DNA of 63,082 bases, filler included, from Globobulimina sp. (GCA_003354225.1; 23 parts of 23 records of this genome joined end to end with filler, not necessarily neighbours in it); one strand, 5' to 3'; shown: positions 33,069-46,269, counted from the first letter of the whole stretch. Made by a program: numbers and translations. The notes: a model not told the origin generated them from the letters alone.

Positions 33069-33884
33069 TCATTCCACCAATATACAGATGAGATAGACAG
33101 AGAAAATATAATTATTGCTGATGTTCTGATTATTAACGCAACAAACCATAAAATACAATACCTTATGATATCCTCTATGAGCTGCTTTCCATTGTGGTGG
33201 TTTCAATAAATTGATATCCTCTATGAGCGTGGTTTCAATAAATTTTTCCATTGTGATTTCTTTGTAAAATCCAATAGATTTTATTTTTCTCAATGTTTGT
33301 ACAACAAGCGATATAAAGCTCGTTATCGTAGTCAGGAATATTATTAGTGGCAACCGACTGAAACTAGGTTGACCATCTATTAGTGTGCTGACACAAATAA
33401 ATTGATCTTTTCTCCCTTTCAATGATCTACTCTGGAATGAATACTCCCTGTTAACAGATGCAATTGTTCCTATTAACAGGACTATTATCCAGATTTGCAA
33501 CCATTTAATTGTACAACTTTTATAACATATTTTGGATAACTCCACAAGAAACAGGCAGAACAATGCGTCTTGTACGGATCGGACAGAATACATCATTTTC
33601 CCTCCAATATCACATCTCAAACAGGATCCGGAGCCACCTTCACATTCTGTGGAAAACGGAATAATGAAATTACTCGCCACAGTCAGATAGATGAGTTCTT
33701 TTATTATGATTGCTGACCATATTAATACAACAATCTTGATTGCTTGCATTTTGCTTTTTATTCTTATGGATACGTTTCGGTTCAATAAGATGTGACACGT
33801 TATCACATATACAATACAACTGAGCACAGATATTGTGATAATTGATGAGATGTTTGATGTTAACATCATCGGATATGTCGGCAT
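33069..33884 (-). CDS. Multipass membrane protein (7TM/GPCR-like), 3' part uncertain
   Basis: Five or more hydrophobic segments, with a Cys before TM3 and another in the following extracellular loop. Confidence 0.55.
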   Translation of the reverse strand: MPTYPMMLTSNISSIITISVLSCIVYVITCHILLNRNVSIRIKSKMQAIKIVVLIWSAIIIKELIYLTVASNFIIPFSTECEGGSGSCLRCDIGGKMMYSVRSVQDALFCLFLVELSKICYKSCTIKWLQIWIIVLLIGTIASVNREYSFQSRSLKGRKDQFICVSTLIDGQPSFSRLPLIIFLTTITSFISLVVQTLRKIKSIGFYKEITMEKFIETTLIEDINLLKPPQWKAAHRGYHKVLYFMVCCVNNQNISNNYIFSVYLICILVE

Positions 33885-34098
33885 TTGTTGCGTATCTTTT
33901 TATGTTTTGAATTAACGATGCAAAAATAGGGCTTAATGACTATTTATGCATTAATTTGATATCATAATTGTTGTTCAGCTACACCTATACTACAACCATA
34001 ATTATTATGTGAAGCATAGACAGTTTTTTCTGTCGCTTTTCATCAAACAAAACACACCTTTTTATTTTGACATTCTTTCTGCATTTCTTTCTCATTTA

Positions 34099-35284
34099 AT
34101 GGATCAGGATATTGTAAATCAATTAAGAGAGTCAAGTTTAAGATTATTAAAATTAGAGAATGCATTAGACGTTGAAAGAGACAATCTAATAAACCATCCT
34201 TCCAATAATGCAAACCTCCCCAGCAACGCCACTTATTTTCCGTATTTATCTGTAATTGATAAATATACAGGATACGAATATAATAATTGAATTGTTGATA
34301 TTTAAATATTTATTACAAAAAACTGTAAATCTTCAACAAATTAGTTCAAATTCATCAGCTACAAATAATGAAATTACATCAAATTATTTACCAACAAATA
34401 TTGTGTCAGATTATAAATATAATGCGCCATCGATATCAATTGATTCAGTTTCATCAAATCGTGAATTACCAGTTCCTGATAAGAAAGCATCACAATTAAT
34501 TTTACCAAAAATCCAACCGGTGCCTGTAGCACAACAACCTCTTCAATCTCAACAATGTCAACCATTCATAGTATACAACCCAACAAAACAGAAAACGTTG
34601 AAAGCCAAGGTATTGAATAGAGTGAGTTATAAATATGAAGGACGAGGATTTGATGTATGGAAAAGAAATGGTGGCAAACCTATTCATAGCAGCACAGAAT
34701 TGTATTGTGCTAAAACATTTGGTGAAGATTGTGCTGGCATTGCAAAATTAAAAACATATTTAATTAAAAGAGGCGGATTTAAAGCAACTTGTATTGGAAA
34801 TATACAAATATTAAAAGATTCAGTAAATCAGAAACGGTTTGGTTTGATTGCAGTTCGAGATTCGCAAATTAATATTTTAAATAATATGAATAAAATGAAT
34901 GGTAAAAAAGGGAATGTCATTAGTCTTTATAGACGAAGATATAATCGATCCATGTTCTGGCTAAGACAAAATAAAACATTGCATGTCAAGAACTTTGATA
35001 TTTTGAGTGGTGCGGATCATAGAAAAATGACGGATTTATTTTTAAGATTTGGTGATTTAGAAAAGGATATTTTTATAAATAAAGATAGATTGGGGAATGT
35101 TTATGCATTTGTACAGTTTATAGATATTGAAGATGCGATTGCTTGTGAAAAGAATCAAAATGTGGTCGGAAGACATAATAATCCGTTGTCATTTAATGGA
35201 AGAAAGTTACGAATTGAATATGCAAATGATACACAAAAAAACAAAAAGAATGGAAAATCAAGAAATAATAAATCAAGAAGATAA
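34099..35284 (+). CDS. RRM-domain protein (junction between the two ORFs unresolved)
   Basis: TLHVKNF (RNP2), LFLRFGDL, YAFVQF (RNP1), FNGRKLRIEYA. Confidence 0.75.
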
Positions 35285-35957
35285 AAAAAAGAATTGCTGT
35301 GAATTTATGAATTTGTTATTTGAATGTGTTTGACTCAAAATCAAATGATGTTCATTGTAATTTTAACAATAATTTTTTTGTTATTTTTTGTTATTCTGCC
35401 ACAACAATACCAAGCATAAGCTTCAATAAATCTTTTTGCACACAAACAATCTTAAAGATCTCGATTTATTTCCGTTCAAAACTTTTAATTTCTTTATTTC
35501 GCACTCCGAATAATGGCAGGTATCGTTTACACAAATTATTCCCAATTACACAATCAACATATAATATAATTTATACACTCATATAGCCCAATTTGTAACA
35601 TCAGACAGTGAACATGACTCAGAAGNNNNNNNNNNNNNNNNNNNNNNNNNNNNNNNNNNNNNNNNNNNNTTAATTAATTAANNNNNNNNNNNNNNNNNNN
35701 NNNNNNNNNNNNNNNNNNNNNNNNNTTTGTTTATTATTTTTAAGCTTGTTTTATTTTTGATGAAAAGGGTGGTCGATAAGTTGTATACATTTGATTCAAT
35801 TATCTGAGAAACGCTTTGCAAATCCTGAACAAAGTCAGAACAAATTGATAATTGAATTTTCGGTATACAAAGGGGTGGGGGTTATCTTTTGGAATATATC
35901 GTTGAGAGTCAATTTTAAATAATATAAATATTCAACACAAGTTAAGATGTCACTCAT

Positions 35958-38168
35958 TCATTCATCATACAAACTGGGATCAGTCTGTTGGTAGTAATGC
36001 TGAGTGGTTCTCTGTGGCAAATCCAATTGTAATTGTATAGTATTTTGATATCTATATCTTGCATTTTCATTTTGTAGCAAGACACATTGGATTCTATTCC
36101 ATTCCGTCACTGCTTTTATTCTCTTAATATGTTTGCAGGACATTGGCCTCTTTACGGTGTTGCTTATTTGCTGCAAATCCAATTTCTTTATTTTATATAT
36201 TTTCTCGATGTCATCGTCGCCGTCATTCTCCTCGTTGTCGGTGAGTACGATTCTGTTGCTTTCATATAATTGTTGCAATTGGTTTGGATGAATGAAGTAT
36301 TCAATGATTGTATTTTTAAGTTGCATTTTTCTGTTCAAAATCCTAATAATATTCAAATATTCTTCTCTTTTGCTTTGAAATGAAGACTGTACATTTTCGA
36401 TGTTATGTGACAATGCTTTATATTTTCCGTACAATTTTATTAATTTCTTTTTTTTATCTTTCAATTCCTCCGAATGCGAATTATATTTCTTTTTCAGCGA
36501 CACATGTTTTTCATGCTTTTCTTGATAATCTTTTCGTAGCTTTTCTTCTTTATTTTTGATTTCAAACAACTTTTGTTTTTTTGATATTAATTCTTCTTCT
36601 TGTTTTTGAGCATAATTTATCATTTTTTCTCCATCCACTAATTTCTGCTCAATGTCCAACAATTTCTTTTTGATATTTTCTTTTTTCATTTGTTTTTTCA
36701 ATAAAATTTCCTGTTGAATATATTTCAATTTCTTTTCTGTTTTCATTTTCTTTGTCAAATAGCATTTTGTTTCTTTTTTCCATTCTCGTTTTTCTTTTTC
36801 ATACTTTTTCTTCAATTTCTCCTCTTCTTTTTCCTGCAACGCAGACATTCTGCGCACCCTTTCTTTGCTAATTCCGATTTTGTGGATTTTTTGTATAATG
36901 ATTTTGGGGATAACCTGTTCGTTCTCATCATCCATCCTTTCATTTGTGCTCTGTTTGTTTGCTAATCGTTTCCTTAATTCCTCAATTTGGAACTTATATT
37001 GTTGCAGTAATTCATCTTTCGGATCCTGATTAATATGCGGTTTGTTCTTAATATCTTTGGCTCGATTCGCAAACCGCAGAGTACTTAATGTCTCTTCATA
37101 ATTATAATCGGAACAGCAGATATTTGCAATCATCACAGTTTTGCTGTTCCCACCCAAGGAATCCTGCAATATTCGCGTCAATTTACTGTCTCGGTATGGA
37201 ATATGCATCGACTTATTGGAGGTCAATGAATTGATAACATTGCCCAATGCGGACAGACTCAAATTTATATTTATTGCTTCCGTGAATCTCAGGCCCTTTG
37301 CATGTGTTTTACTTTGTCGTTCAGAGCCAGCCAGATCGACTAAATGCAATTTGCCAACACGAATATTCTCTTTTGCTGCGGCAGAATCACTGCCATTCGC
37401 ATCGCAAAAAACACTCTCAATAATTATGGTGAATACAGAGTGCGATCGGGATGAGTCTCTATTCATTGCTGTTTCTGCCACATGGCGCAAATTATTGCCC
37501 CGCAAAAAATATGTTTCTAGCTCTTGCTCTGTTTTTGCTTCCTTGTGACTCAGATCTTTAACATATACTCCTTTTTTTGGGTGTTCTCGCAATTCTAATT
37601 CTGGTAAATTGCCATTGCCACTGTTTGCAGATAATAAGTCCTTAATGGAATCGTTGTATATTTCAATGAAAGTGCAGCAAACCAAAAAACTATCTGCTGT
37701 TTTATCGCTGTTATCTATTTCATTGAAAATGTGTTTGAATGCTCTGGGAATAATTCCTTGTTTGATGGCATCGTCATACATTCCAACCATAGTGTATGTT
37801 TTGCCAGTTCCTGTCTGTCCGTAGGCGAATATTGTGCCATTATACCCATTCATTACACTGTTCACAATGTCTCTGGCGGTTTGCTCGTATATTGTTTCTT
37901 GCATTGACTGTTCACCAAATGCCTTGTCGAAAGTAAACATTTTCGAGGCATATTGGCCGGTTTCTTGTTTCTTTGAAGCTGAATAAAATGATGCTGCTTC
38001 ATCGTGGGACTGTGTGTCGCTGTTATTTTTGCAATCCGTATTTCCGATTATAATTTCGCCAGAAGCGTCGTTTACACTCACTACCTTTTGACAACCTCTC
38101 TTGATTTCCTTTTCATTCAACGGTCTGCAACGAACAACAACTTGGACACACTCAACAGAATCAGTCAT
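35958..38168 (-). CDS. KIF3: Kinesin-2 motor subunit (KIF3-like)
   Basis: ECVQVVVRCRP, GYNGTIFAYGQTGTGKTYTM, SSRSHS, IRVGKLHLVDLAGSERQSKT, INLSLSALGNVI, NQDPKD, and tail RYRYQNTIQLQLDLPQRTT. Confidence 0.93.
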   Translation of the reverse strand: MTDSVECVQVVVRCRPLNEKEIKRGCQKVVSVNDASGEIIIGNTDCKNNSDTQSHDEAASFYSASKKQETGQYASKMFTFDKAFGEQSMQETIYEQTARDIVNSVMNGYNGTIFAYGQTGTGKTYTMVGMYDDAIKQGIIPRAFKHIFNEIDNSDKTADSFLVCCTFIEIYNDSIKDLLSANSGNGNLPELELREHPKKGVYVKDLSHKEAKTEQELETYFLRGNNLRHVAETAMNRDSSRSHSVFTIIIESVFCDANGSDSAAAKENIRVGKLHLVDLAGSERQSKTHAKGLRFTEAININLSLSALGNVINSLTSNKSMHIPYRDSKLTRILQDSLGGNSKTVMIANICCSDYNYEETLSTLRFANRAKDIKNKPHINQDPKDELLQQYKFQIEELRKRLANKQSTNERMDDENEQVIPKIIIQKIHKIGISKERVRRMSALQEKEEEKLKKKYEKEKREWKKETKCYLTKKMKTEKKLKYIQQEILLKKQMKKENIKKKLLDIEQKLVDGEKMINYAQKQEEELISKKQKLFEIKNKEEKLRKDYQEKHEKHVSLKKKYNSHSEELKDKKKKLIKLYGKYKALSHNIENVQSSFQSKREEYLNIIRILNRKMQLKNTIIEYFIHPNQLQQLYESNRIVLTDNEENDGDDDIEKIYKIKKLDLQQISNTVKRPMSCKHIKRIKAVTEWNRIQCVLLQNENARYRYQNTIQLQLDLPQRTTQHYYQQTDPSLYDE

Positions 38169-38980
38169 AACTGATGACTCAAAGTTAAAGTTAGTTTTTT
38201 ATTGTTACTGTTTAGATTTTTAAAACTTGTTACTGTTTACTTATGTCTAAGAGGATTGCTTGCCAGCAGCGTGGATTAATAAATAGTCCTCACTCTGTTG
38301 CCTCTACTCTCTCGCTATATGGTTTATAATTCATTTGAAAAATAAACCTCCACATAGGAATTCGAAATGGTNNNNNNNNNNNNNNNNNNNNNNNNNNNNN
38401 NNNNNNNNNNNNNNNTTAATTAATTAANNNNNNNNNNNNNNNNNNNNNNNNNNNNNNNNNNNNNNNNNNNNCGATCTGACACCACAATGAAAATTAGCTC
38501 AATACTCAATAGTTGTGACTGCAGTGTTGGTATTATTATATTGAAAATTTAACTGCACCCATTCATATGTGGGGGCGCTTTATATGTCAATTTGGAAAAT
38601 GTCTAATTTTGGTATCAAGGTTTGCAGAATCATCGGGTTGTTTTGATTGTTTGTGTGGTATCTATCAATTTAAAAATAAACATGCAGAGTGTATATAATA
38701 TAATATAAGCAACCAATCAAGTTTATAGCCATTATTTTTTGGATGATTTGAATGTCAAAAATAAAAATCCACATTTCTAAAAACAAAATAAAATTAAAAA
38801 CAATTGTTATATTTTGTCAAAACAAAACAATGATCAATCTATGTTCGAAAAAGGATAAAAAATAAAAAACTTTTTTTAAAAGATTAAAGATATTATGTAT
38901 TGAATATCTCCAAATCAATTTATAGAACACATAAAATAAAAAAGAATAAAAAACAAAAGAAAGTCGAGTCGAGTCCAAAG

Positions 38981-41117
38981 TTAGTTTTGTGAGATTTGTT
39001 TAAAAGCATTTTGCGCCGAATGAGCCAATTCTTGATTGGTTTGATTTTGCGCAGCTTTTTGCAAAATGGTAGAAATCCATTGCGTCCGCAACTCGTTTTT
39101 GGTCGGACCATGGCAATAATCCGCAGCCTCCGATAACAATTTAATGCACGATTCCAACACTTTTTCATTAATCCGATCCAGATCGCTGCAAATGGCTTGA
39201 AAAAACGAGTTAATATTTGGAATATATTTATTGAAATCGCTGATCTTCTGCGCATGCGCCAATTCCGCCAAACAAGAACGCGTCGTATCGATGATCGAGC
39301 ACCGGATCTCATTGAATGTGCTCAACATATCCTCGTCGCAGTTCTCCGGCGGTATCAAGCAGCCGATAGTCAAACATTTATCCAATATGTCGGCAGAATA
39401 GCGATACGCGTACTGGCCATGCGATATTAATATATCTGTCAATGCGTCCACAATATGCGATTTTAACTCAATTCCAATGTTATTATTGATCAAAATGGTC
39501 AACAACTCTGACACAATCCGGTCGCTATACGCCTGCAATTTGTGTCTGTCCGAGTCGGAGGAACATATATACTCCGTACAGTGTGTAAACACGTCGCCAA
39601 TCACTCCCACGCCAATCCGGCAAATGGAGGTCTCGTTACGTGGCGGCAAGCCGCAACGGATGGATTTGATTAAGATTTCCTGGATATTGGCCTCAGATAA
39701 GTACACATGGAAATTGTTACCGATGCAACGCGCGATGTGAGTGATCAGACCGAGTGCTTCCTCGTACACCAAATTGTTGTCCCGCTGCAAGAAGCCCACC
39801 ACGCAATGCATCATTTTGTTGGTGATGCCGGAGTCCAGACAGCCCGGACCCAATTTGTCCACAATCACTTGGATCGACGACAATAAACCCGCCATTTTAT
39901 AGTCTCGCTTATCATCGCCGCTGTTGCCGTCGCACTTGTCATTGTTCACCATTTGCTGCACCAATTCGGGCAATAACGATTTTAACATGTTTTGATTGGC
40001 AGACGAAGCTTCCAAATAATAGATGATGCTGTTCATGGCTTCGTGCGTCGCAATGATGATGGTATTGGTCGAGTCGTTGCGGGCGCCGCGGCCCAATAAC
40101 TCTTTGATTAAATTGAAGGCGTTGTTGCCGCCATAAATGCAAAGGTGCTGGCCTTTGGTCAGTGAGGCGATGCTCCAACACGCTTTGTTGGAGATGGTAT
40201 TGTTGTCGTTTAAGGAGCGGACGATGGCAGATAGGATATTCTCAGCGGGGATGTTGGTATTTTTCAGCGCCGACGGTATTATCTCGCAAATGCGCCCAAA
40301 CGTCCACGATGCAGTGGTCCGGACTTGAATATGTGGGTCGGACATCAATTTGAGGACAGGGCCCAAGATTTGCGTCACCAAACCACTCAATGTATCGCGA
40401 GAGGGTCCATCCAATATACAGCCAAACGAACATAAGGCAGACGGTCTATTGTGCCAATCCTATGTATAATGTATCAGAAATACGCAAAATCGCAGGCATT
40501 GTCATTGTGTGCAAGGATCAGATAAATAGAACAGGCAATGTACATACGGATAAAGCAATGTTTTGTTCCACAAAAGACAGTACATATTTCAATATGTTAT
40601 CTTTGGCCACATTGGCAAATAATTCTAACGAACAGGCCGCTGCTTTACGCACAGTCCACTCATCTTCATCAACGTCGTCTTTTTGTTTCAAGAGCGCGGA
40701 TAAATAAATGGGCACTAACAACTCCAACGATTTATTGACGAAACCAAAGCTCTGTTCCTCGAACATCTCCATCTCCGCCGTGGTGCTCCACACTTCGATG
40801 GCTTGTTTGGTGATATCTGTGTTGGCATTGTTCTCCTCGATGCATTGTTTACTGATTTGGAACACAGATTGCATGAATTTGCACGTATCGCACAATTTGT
40901 AATAACACTCAATAATCCGTGCGATGCACTGAAACGAATGTATTCGTAATTGGTCATTTGGCCCCGCAGAGGCTCCACATAATACCATTTGGAATATAAT
41001 CCTCCGCTCTTTGTCAATGTCCATGTTGGTTTTGATTAACTCCACAATCTCACACAAACATTGCATAGCTTCCGATTGAATCTCATAGGAACCGGGACCT
41101 GAATAGGACATTCCATT
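38981..41117 (-). CDS. KPNB1: Importin subunit beta-1, 5' truncated (intron 40460-40547)
   Basis: QAIEVWST.AE.E, acidic loop KQKDDVDEDEW..KAAA.SL, FGCILDGP, VRTTASWTFGRICE, NKACWSI HEAT repeats. Confidence 0.9.
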
Positions 41118-41471
41118 NNNNNNNNNNNNNNNNNNNNNNNNNNNNNNNNNNNNNNNNNNNNTTAATTAATTAANNNNNNNNNNNNNNNNNNNNNNNNNNN
41201 NNNNNNNNNNNNNNNNNTGATGTCTGATTGGTTGCATTGTATAAAATTTTTTATTACGCGATAAAAATTATTGAAAAGTATATTTTTATCCACACCACAT
41301 ATGGAACTGTATGTACTTAGTTAAAATTAAAAAAGTGGTTAAGTTTTATTAAAAGTTATATTATTTGATTGGTTTTGTTTTGTATCAGTTTTGTATGTGA
41401 TATTTGCATTTAATGTTTGTATGTTTATGTACCTTTTTATTTTGTATTGTTATTTTGTTTAAAAAGGAGAA

Positions 41472-42683
41472 ATGTTAAATGATAGAATTAATAAAAATGA
41501 TGGAATAAATTTATTGAAACAAACAGAGTTAAAAATAGCGCTCAAAGAGTATATACATTTTTTAATATATGGTTATGGCGATCTTTTTTATTTGATTAAG
41601 TTTATGTGGGTTCATAACTGGAAAATTCATTTAAATTGGGGAGCAAATATTAAATTAGCATTAAAGAAATTTATTTGTACAAAAATTACTTTTTATACGC
41701 TATGGTCGACGATTACGTTAAGGGCAATTGATACATTATTATCATTCTCCGAAAAGAATATGAAATATAATAAATTATATTCATTAGTTATTAGGAATAT
41801 AAATGAAATGAGAGTCTTTGTAAAGACTCAAGTATTTCCTATGATTAATGATAAAGGGATAACGCCAACGAAATTTTGGCAATTAACATCCATTGCTTTT
41901 TATGTAAACAAATGGAGAGACTATGAAAATGAAGGTATTATTAGTTGGAAATCATCCGAATTCTCACATTCGTGGAATCTATATAGTAATTCGGAAGATA
42001 AGTTGTTATACGCGATTGAAAACTTACCGGATGAATGTAAATTGTTATATGTTGGTATGGAAAGAGGTTGGTTAGATATGAAAGAGAGAGATATAATCAT
42101 GAAAAATGTTGGAAATAGTGTTGGAGATAAGAATGGAAATGGTGATGGGGGAAAAAATAGGTCAGATGGTTTAAAATGTTATAACTGTCAGGGACCACAT
42201 TTCATAAGAAATTGCCCAAAAAATATTAAGAAACATAATAAGAATTTGGTGAGGAATAATAAAAAATTGAAAAAGAGATTGAGACAACAGAATGAGAGGA
42301 ACCATTATGAGTCGCCACCAAATCAAACTCCATATGATAGAACGCCATATTTTTCACCATCGAAAAGACCCAGATTTGATTCCAATAAGAAAGGGAATTA
42401 TAATCAGAACAAAGGTGGTTTTGGAGCACAGCGTAACACGGAGCCAAAGAGAGGTGAAAAATTATATGATTTGAATGATGGAAGCTATTTTATTAAAAAG
42501 TGTTATTATGGAGATCCAGCGTGTTATTATTGGAAAGAAAGACATCAAAGATGCAATTTTAGGCATAACTTTTTATTATGCGGTTATCCACATTATTGTG
42601 AAAGGTGTGGCTTAGCAAACGAACATACCGCATATGAGTGCCCTAATGCGCAGTTAAAACGTTTTGCAGGTCGAGGCCATTAA
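41472..42683 (+). CDS. Gag-like protein with CCHC knuckle and C-terminal Cys/His fingers
   Basis: CYNCQGPHFIRNC, CYYWKERHQRCNFRH, CERCGLANEHTAYEC. Confidence 0.75.
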   Translation: MLNDRINKNDGINLLKQTELKIALKEYIHFLIYGYGDLFYLIKFMWVHNWKIHLNWGANIKLALKKFICTKITFYTLWSTITLRAIDTLLSFSEKNMKYNKLYSLVIRNINEMRVFVKTQVFPMINDKGITPTKFWQLTSIAFYVNKWRDYENEGIISWKSSEFSHSWNLYSNSEDKLLYAIENLPDECKLLYVGMERGWLDMKERDIIMKNVGNSVGDKNGNGDGGKNRSDGLKCYNCQGPHFIRNCPKNIKKHNKNLVRNNKKLKKRLRQQNERNHYESPPNQTPYDRTPYFSPSKRPRFDSNKKGNYNQNKGGFGAQRNTEPKRGEKLYDLNDGSYFIKKCYYGDPACYYWKERHQRCNFRHNFLLCGYPHYCERCGLANEHTAYECPNAQLKRFAGRGH

Positions 42684-43258
42684 TGGTGGATAAAGATAAA
42701 ATATTTTTGTTTAATACAATTAATGTTAATATTATTATTAATATATTGAAAATTGATACATTTGCATATATTATGATTATTATTGATTTTTAGGTGATTG
42801 TTTATATATAATAATGATAAATTATGTTAATATATTATTTGTTTGTATTTGTAATAAATTTAATAATAAATGTAATAAAGTTTTAATAAATTAATGTGAT
42901 GATCTATATATAAATAAATATTTTAAATAAATAGAGGGTATTTTGAAAAAAAGTTTAATTTTATTTCTGCAGTAAACTAAAACTCCGTTGTATTTATTGT
43001 ATTGAATACATTGAGTTACACATAAAAATTGTGTTTGTTTATCTTGCCACTCTTCTTTTAGTCGTATTGTTTATTAAGAAGTTATTTTGTGTTTAAAAAG
43101 GAAGGAAAAGTGGCTTGATTGCAAAAAAGATTTAAAATTGGTTAGGTTGCAAAATACGGGATGTATTTTAAAGAATTATGGCGATAATTCTATTTGAAAC
43201 AGTTGTAACATATGTGGTGCCAAAATAAATCTTTATTTTTATTTTTGTTGTCATTTAT

Positions 43259-43863
43259 TTGTACATAGCAAATGAAGAAATAGTAATGGAATTATTTAGA
43301 ATGGCATATAAAAATTCAAAATATAAAGTTTCAGACTTATATAAAAAGAGATGGTATTGGTATAAAGATATTCTTCCTTTTATTGAAAGCTGCGACAATG
43401 AAGAAATTATATATCGTTTTAAATGTATAATTATGAAAAATAATTTAGAATATGGATGGAAAATAGGTATTGAGAATACTGAGAATAGGAAATTGAACCA
43501 AGAAACGTATACAGAAATAACAATGGATCGAAAAAGTAGAATGGAGATTGCATTGGATTTGACACGAAATATGAATATAGGAAAAGCAGTCGGTTGGTTA
43601 GGAGAACCAAATGGTATCGTTCCATTATTTACGAGAGAAAAAGTAGTTGATCCTGTCACCGGAGAGGTATACGAATATAGGATTATTAGAGATGGAACAA
43701 AAGGGTCAGAATCATTTCCTTCATTAAATATGTTGACACCCGATCACAAAGCAAATATAAAATTGATTTATATATTGGATATTTGCAAATATTGTTATAT
43801 AATGTATTTAATATGGGGTCCAGGGTTCAAATTGGCCAAAACAGATTTGGCGACTGCTTTTAG
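43259..43863 (+). CDS. Reverse transcriptase N-terminal fragment (DIRS/Ngaro type)
   Basis: YRIIRD..GS..SLN and WGPGFKLAKTDLATAF match the R.I.D.S...SVN / G.G..MAK.D.K.AF pattern of this RT clade. Confidence 0.75.
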
Positions 43864-44555
43864 NNNNNNNNNNNNNNNNNNNNNNNNNNNNNNNNNNNNN
43901 NNNNNNNTTAATTAATTAANNNNNNNNNNNNNNNNNNNNNNNNNNNNNNNNNNNNNNNNNNNNATGCATTGATATGATGAATAAAATGCCACATTCAATA
44001 TTTACTCGATTAGATATTATTAAACCAAAGGATTCTATCAATCATTTTATTGCAAAAAATGCAAAAATATTTGTAGAAAAAGGATGGGAATTAAAACAAT
44101 TTGATTATGTTCATGAAAAGAAACAAATTGGATGTAAAGAAGCATTGGTAATTCAAAAAATATAAAAAAACTATACTATATACATTTAATTTTTGTTGTG
44201 TTTTAATTCTTTTTGCGATGTACGTTGTACTGATAACACACTGTGTGATATCGGGTAATGTGATCACGAGATCACTGTTCTTGGTAATACAGTGTTTCTG
44301 CATAGCAAACCAAGCTAGTCATCCTAAAAAAAGTAAATCATTTGTTATTTACATTATTTATAACAGGAATGAACAATTAAACGTCAACATTATAGTGCAA
44401 TGTTAACGATTTATTGTGCACAAAATGTTTGTTCTAATGATTTTTTTAATACCCTTTATTTAACGCAATATGTAGACGAAGGTGGTTGGTATCACAACTC
44501 ATCATTCACGCAAACAATAAAAAACATCTGACTAAAACATTCCCACACACAAGCA

Positions 44556-46269
44556 ATGTCAACCCACAAAGAAACTATTCAAAACACAGAAACAATTGTC
44601 GCAGTATCTCTAGCATCACTAAGTTGTTGCTTATCTATATTCGGTTCATTGTTAATACTCGGCACTTATTACTTTTATCCACAAATACGAAAACCTGCAC
44701 GAAATCTATTATTCTGGCTCTCTGTCACTGATTTAGGCACAGCGTTATCATATGGAGCGACATTTATTCAGTGCGGCGGTACATGCGAGTGCCGGCCCCA
44801 TGGCTCCCAATATCAGTCATATTATCAGGAACTATATACTTTACTAGGAATTTATTTTCCTGTTTCCTCATTCTTATGGACAGATTGTATCGGCCTATAC
44901 ATCTATGCTGGTATCAAAAAAACTGCATTTCATGCATATATATATACAGTTCTAAATTTGCCATATGATGCAATAATTTTATGTTGCTCTCGACACTCAA
45001 ACTCTATCATATAGCAAATGTAGAACTGACTGACAACAATTATCAAAATATGTGAATACAGCCACTTACCAAAAAACGTGGATGGCTCCAAGAGAGCGAC
45101 TATTCCGCATTTTCCATCTAATTTGTTGGGGCTTGCCAATGTCTATCATTTTGTCAATAATTGTCGTGAAAGCAATGGATGCCGAATCCATTCAATTTAC
45201 TGGCTCGGCCACCGGCGGTTGGTGTTGGATACAACAATGGCAATATGACCTATTGGGCGGCAAAGTGATTGAAATATTCAGTTATGTCTTTTTGATGGTT
45301 GTGTACGTATTGACATGGAAAGAATTGAAGCGAATCAATTACCAACGTTCCAACGATGGCGGTTCCACAAGTTATCAGCAACAGAAAAATTCTCCGACAC
45401 CCGGAACCTATATAAATCCAACCCCTCCGTCAGCGCATCCGTCGCATCCGTCGCATGTCTCAGCCTCAATAACCAACAGCAAACACGCTATTTGCACCTC
45501 GATGTTAAGAGATTCGCGGGCTGAGGATATGCGGAAACAGTTGCAACACAAATCTGAAGCTGTGAATCGCTTATTATTTATACCGGTGGTCTTCTTTTTT
45601 TTGAGGATTTGGGGAACTATCCACATGTTTATGGATGTCAGCCATACTGGAAATGTGTTGGATGTCATGGATCAGACTTTAGCTTTCTTCCAAGCACTAT
45701 GTTAAGTGTACAGTTGTATTCATTGTATATTTGAGCATGTGCAGTGTTGCTAAAATGAATATTGTTTGATGTGAAAAGGCGATCCATTGCAGGGCTTTTG
45801 TAATGGAATATTATTTGTTGTGTTTGTTAGCGAAGTGCGACAACATTTGTTTGCCACATTGAGTGAGCACATTGATTATAAATGGTTGGATTGCTGTGGT
45901 TTATTATGTTGTTGTCATTATTGTTTCTCGTGCTGTTGTCATAAATGTCATGAATGTTTCGAATGCTGTTTGGTGACTAATCAACAATATTACAGTCATA
46001 AGACGGATAATGTAATGATACGGAATGTAAACAGTTTTAATAATCAAATATTTAATAATCAGCTCGCAAATGGTGGCGCTGATCAGCTCCCAAATACTTC
46101 ACCATTGAATACAGATTATTTTGCGGCAAAATATCAATTTTTACCTCCAGCGAGAAATAAAAAGTCAGATCTTACGAGCCCATCAAAATCGAGATCATTA
46201 ATATGCAAAGAAGTGAATGAAAATGCTACACATCCAACTATTGAAAGTCCATCAATATCCGGTAAATGA
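44556..46269 (+). CDS. cAMP-receptor-like/GCR1-like GPCR (3 exons; introns ~44911-45061 and ~45701-45778)
   Basis: LSIFGSLLIL, RNLLFWLSVTD, SSFLWT, FHLICWGLP, GGWCWI, RLLFIPVVFFFLRIWGTI, DPLQGFCNGILF. Confidence 0.88.

Larger units (their letters stand above)
41472..43863 (+). mobile_element. Tyrosine-recombinase-type retrotransposon fragment (Ngaro/DIRS-like): gag + start of RT
   Basis: Zn-finger-rich gag-like ORF followed by a DIRS/Ngaro-type RT N-terminus. The recombinase itself is not in the contig. Confidence 0.75.

Noticed and set aside
34252-34270. Possible 19-nt GT-AG micro-intron joining the two ORFs of the RRM gene
   Set aside because: It is far shorter than all other introns here (58 nt or more). 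An indel or a different splice pattern is equally plausible without cDNA.
38920-40738. Numerous overlapping and antisense ORFs over importin beta and other genes
   Set aside because: They are shadow ORFs of real coding sequence in locally higher-GC DNA and carry no recognisable motifs.
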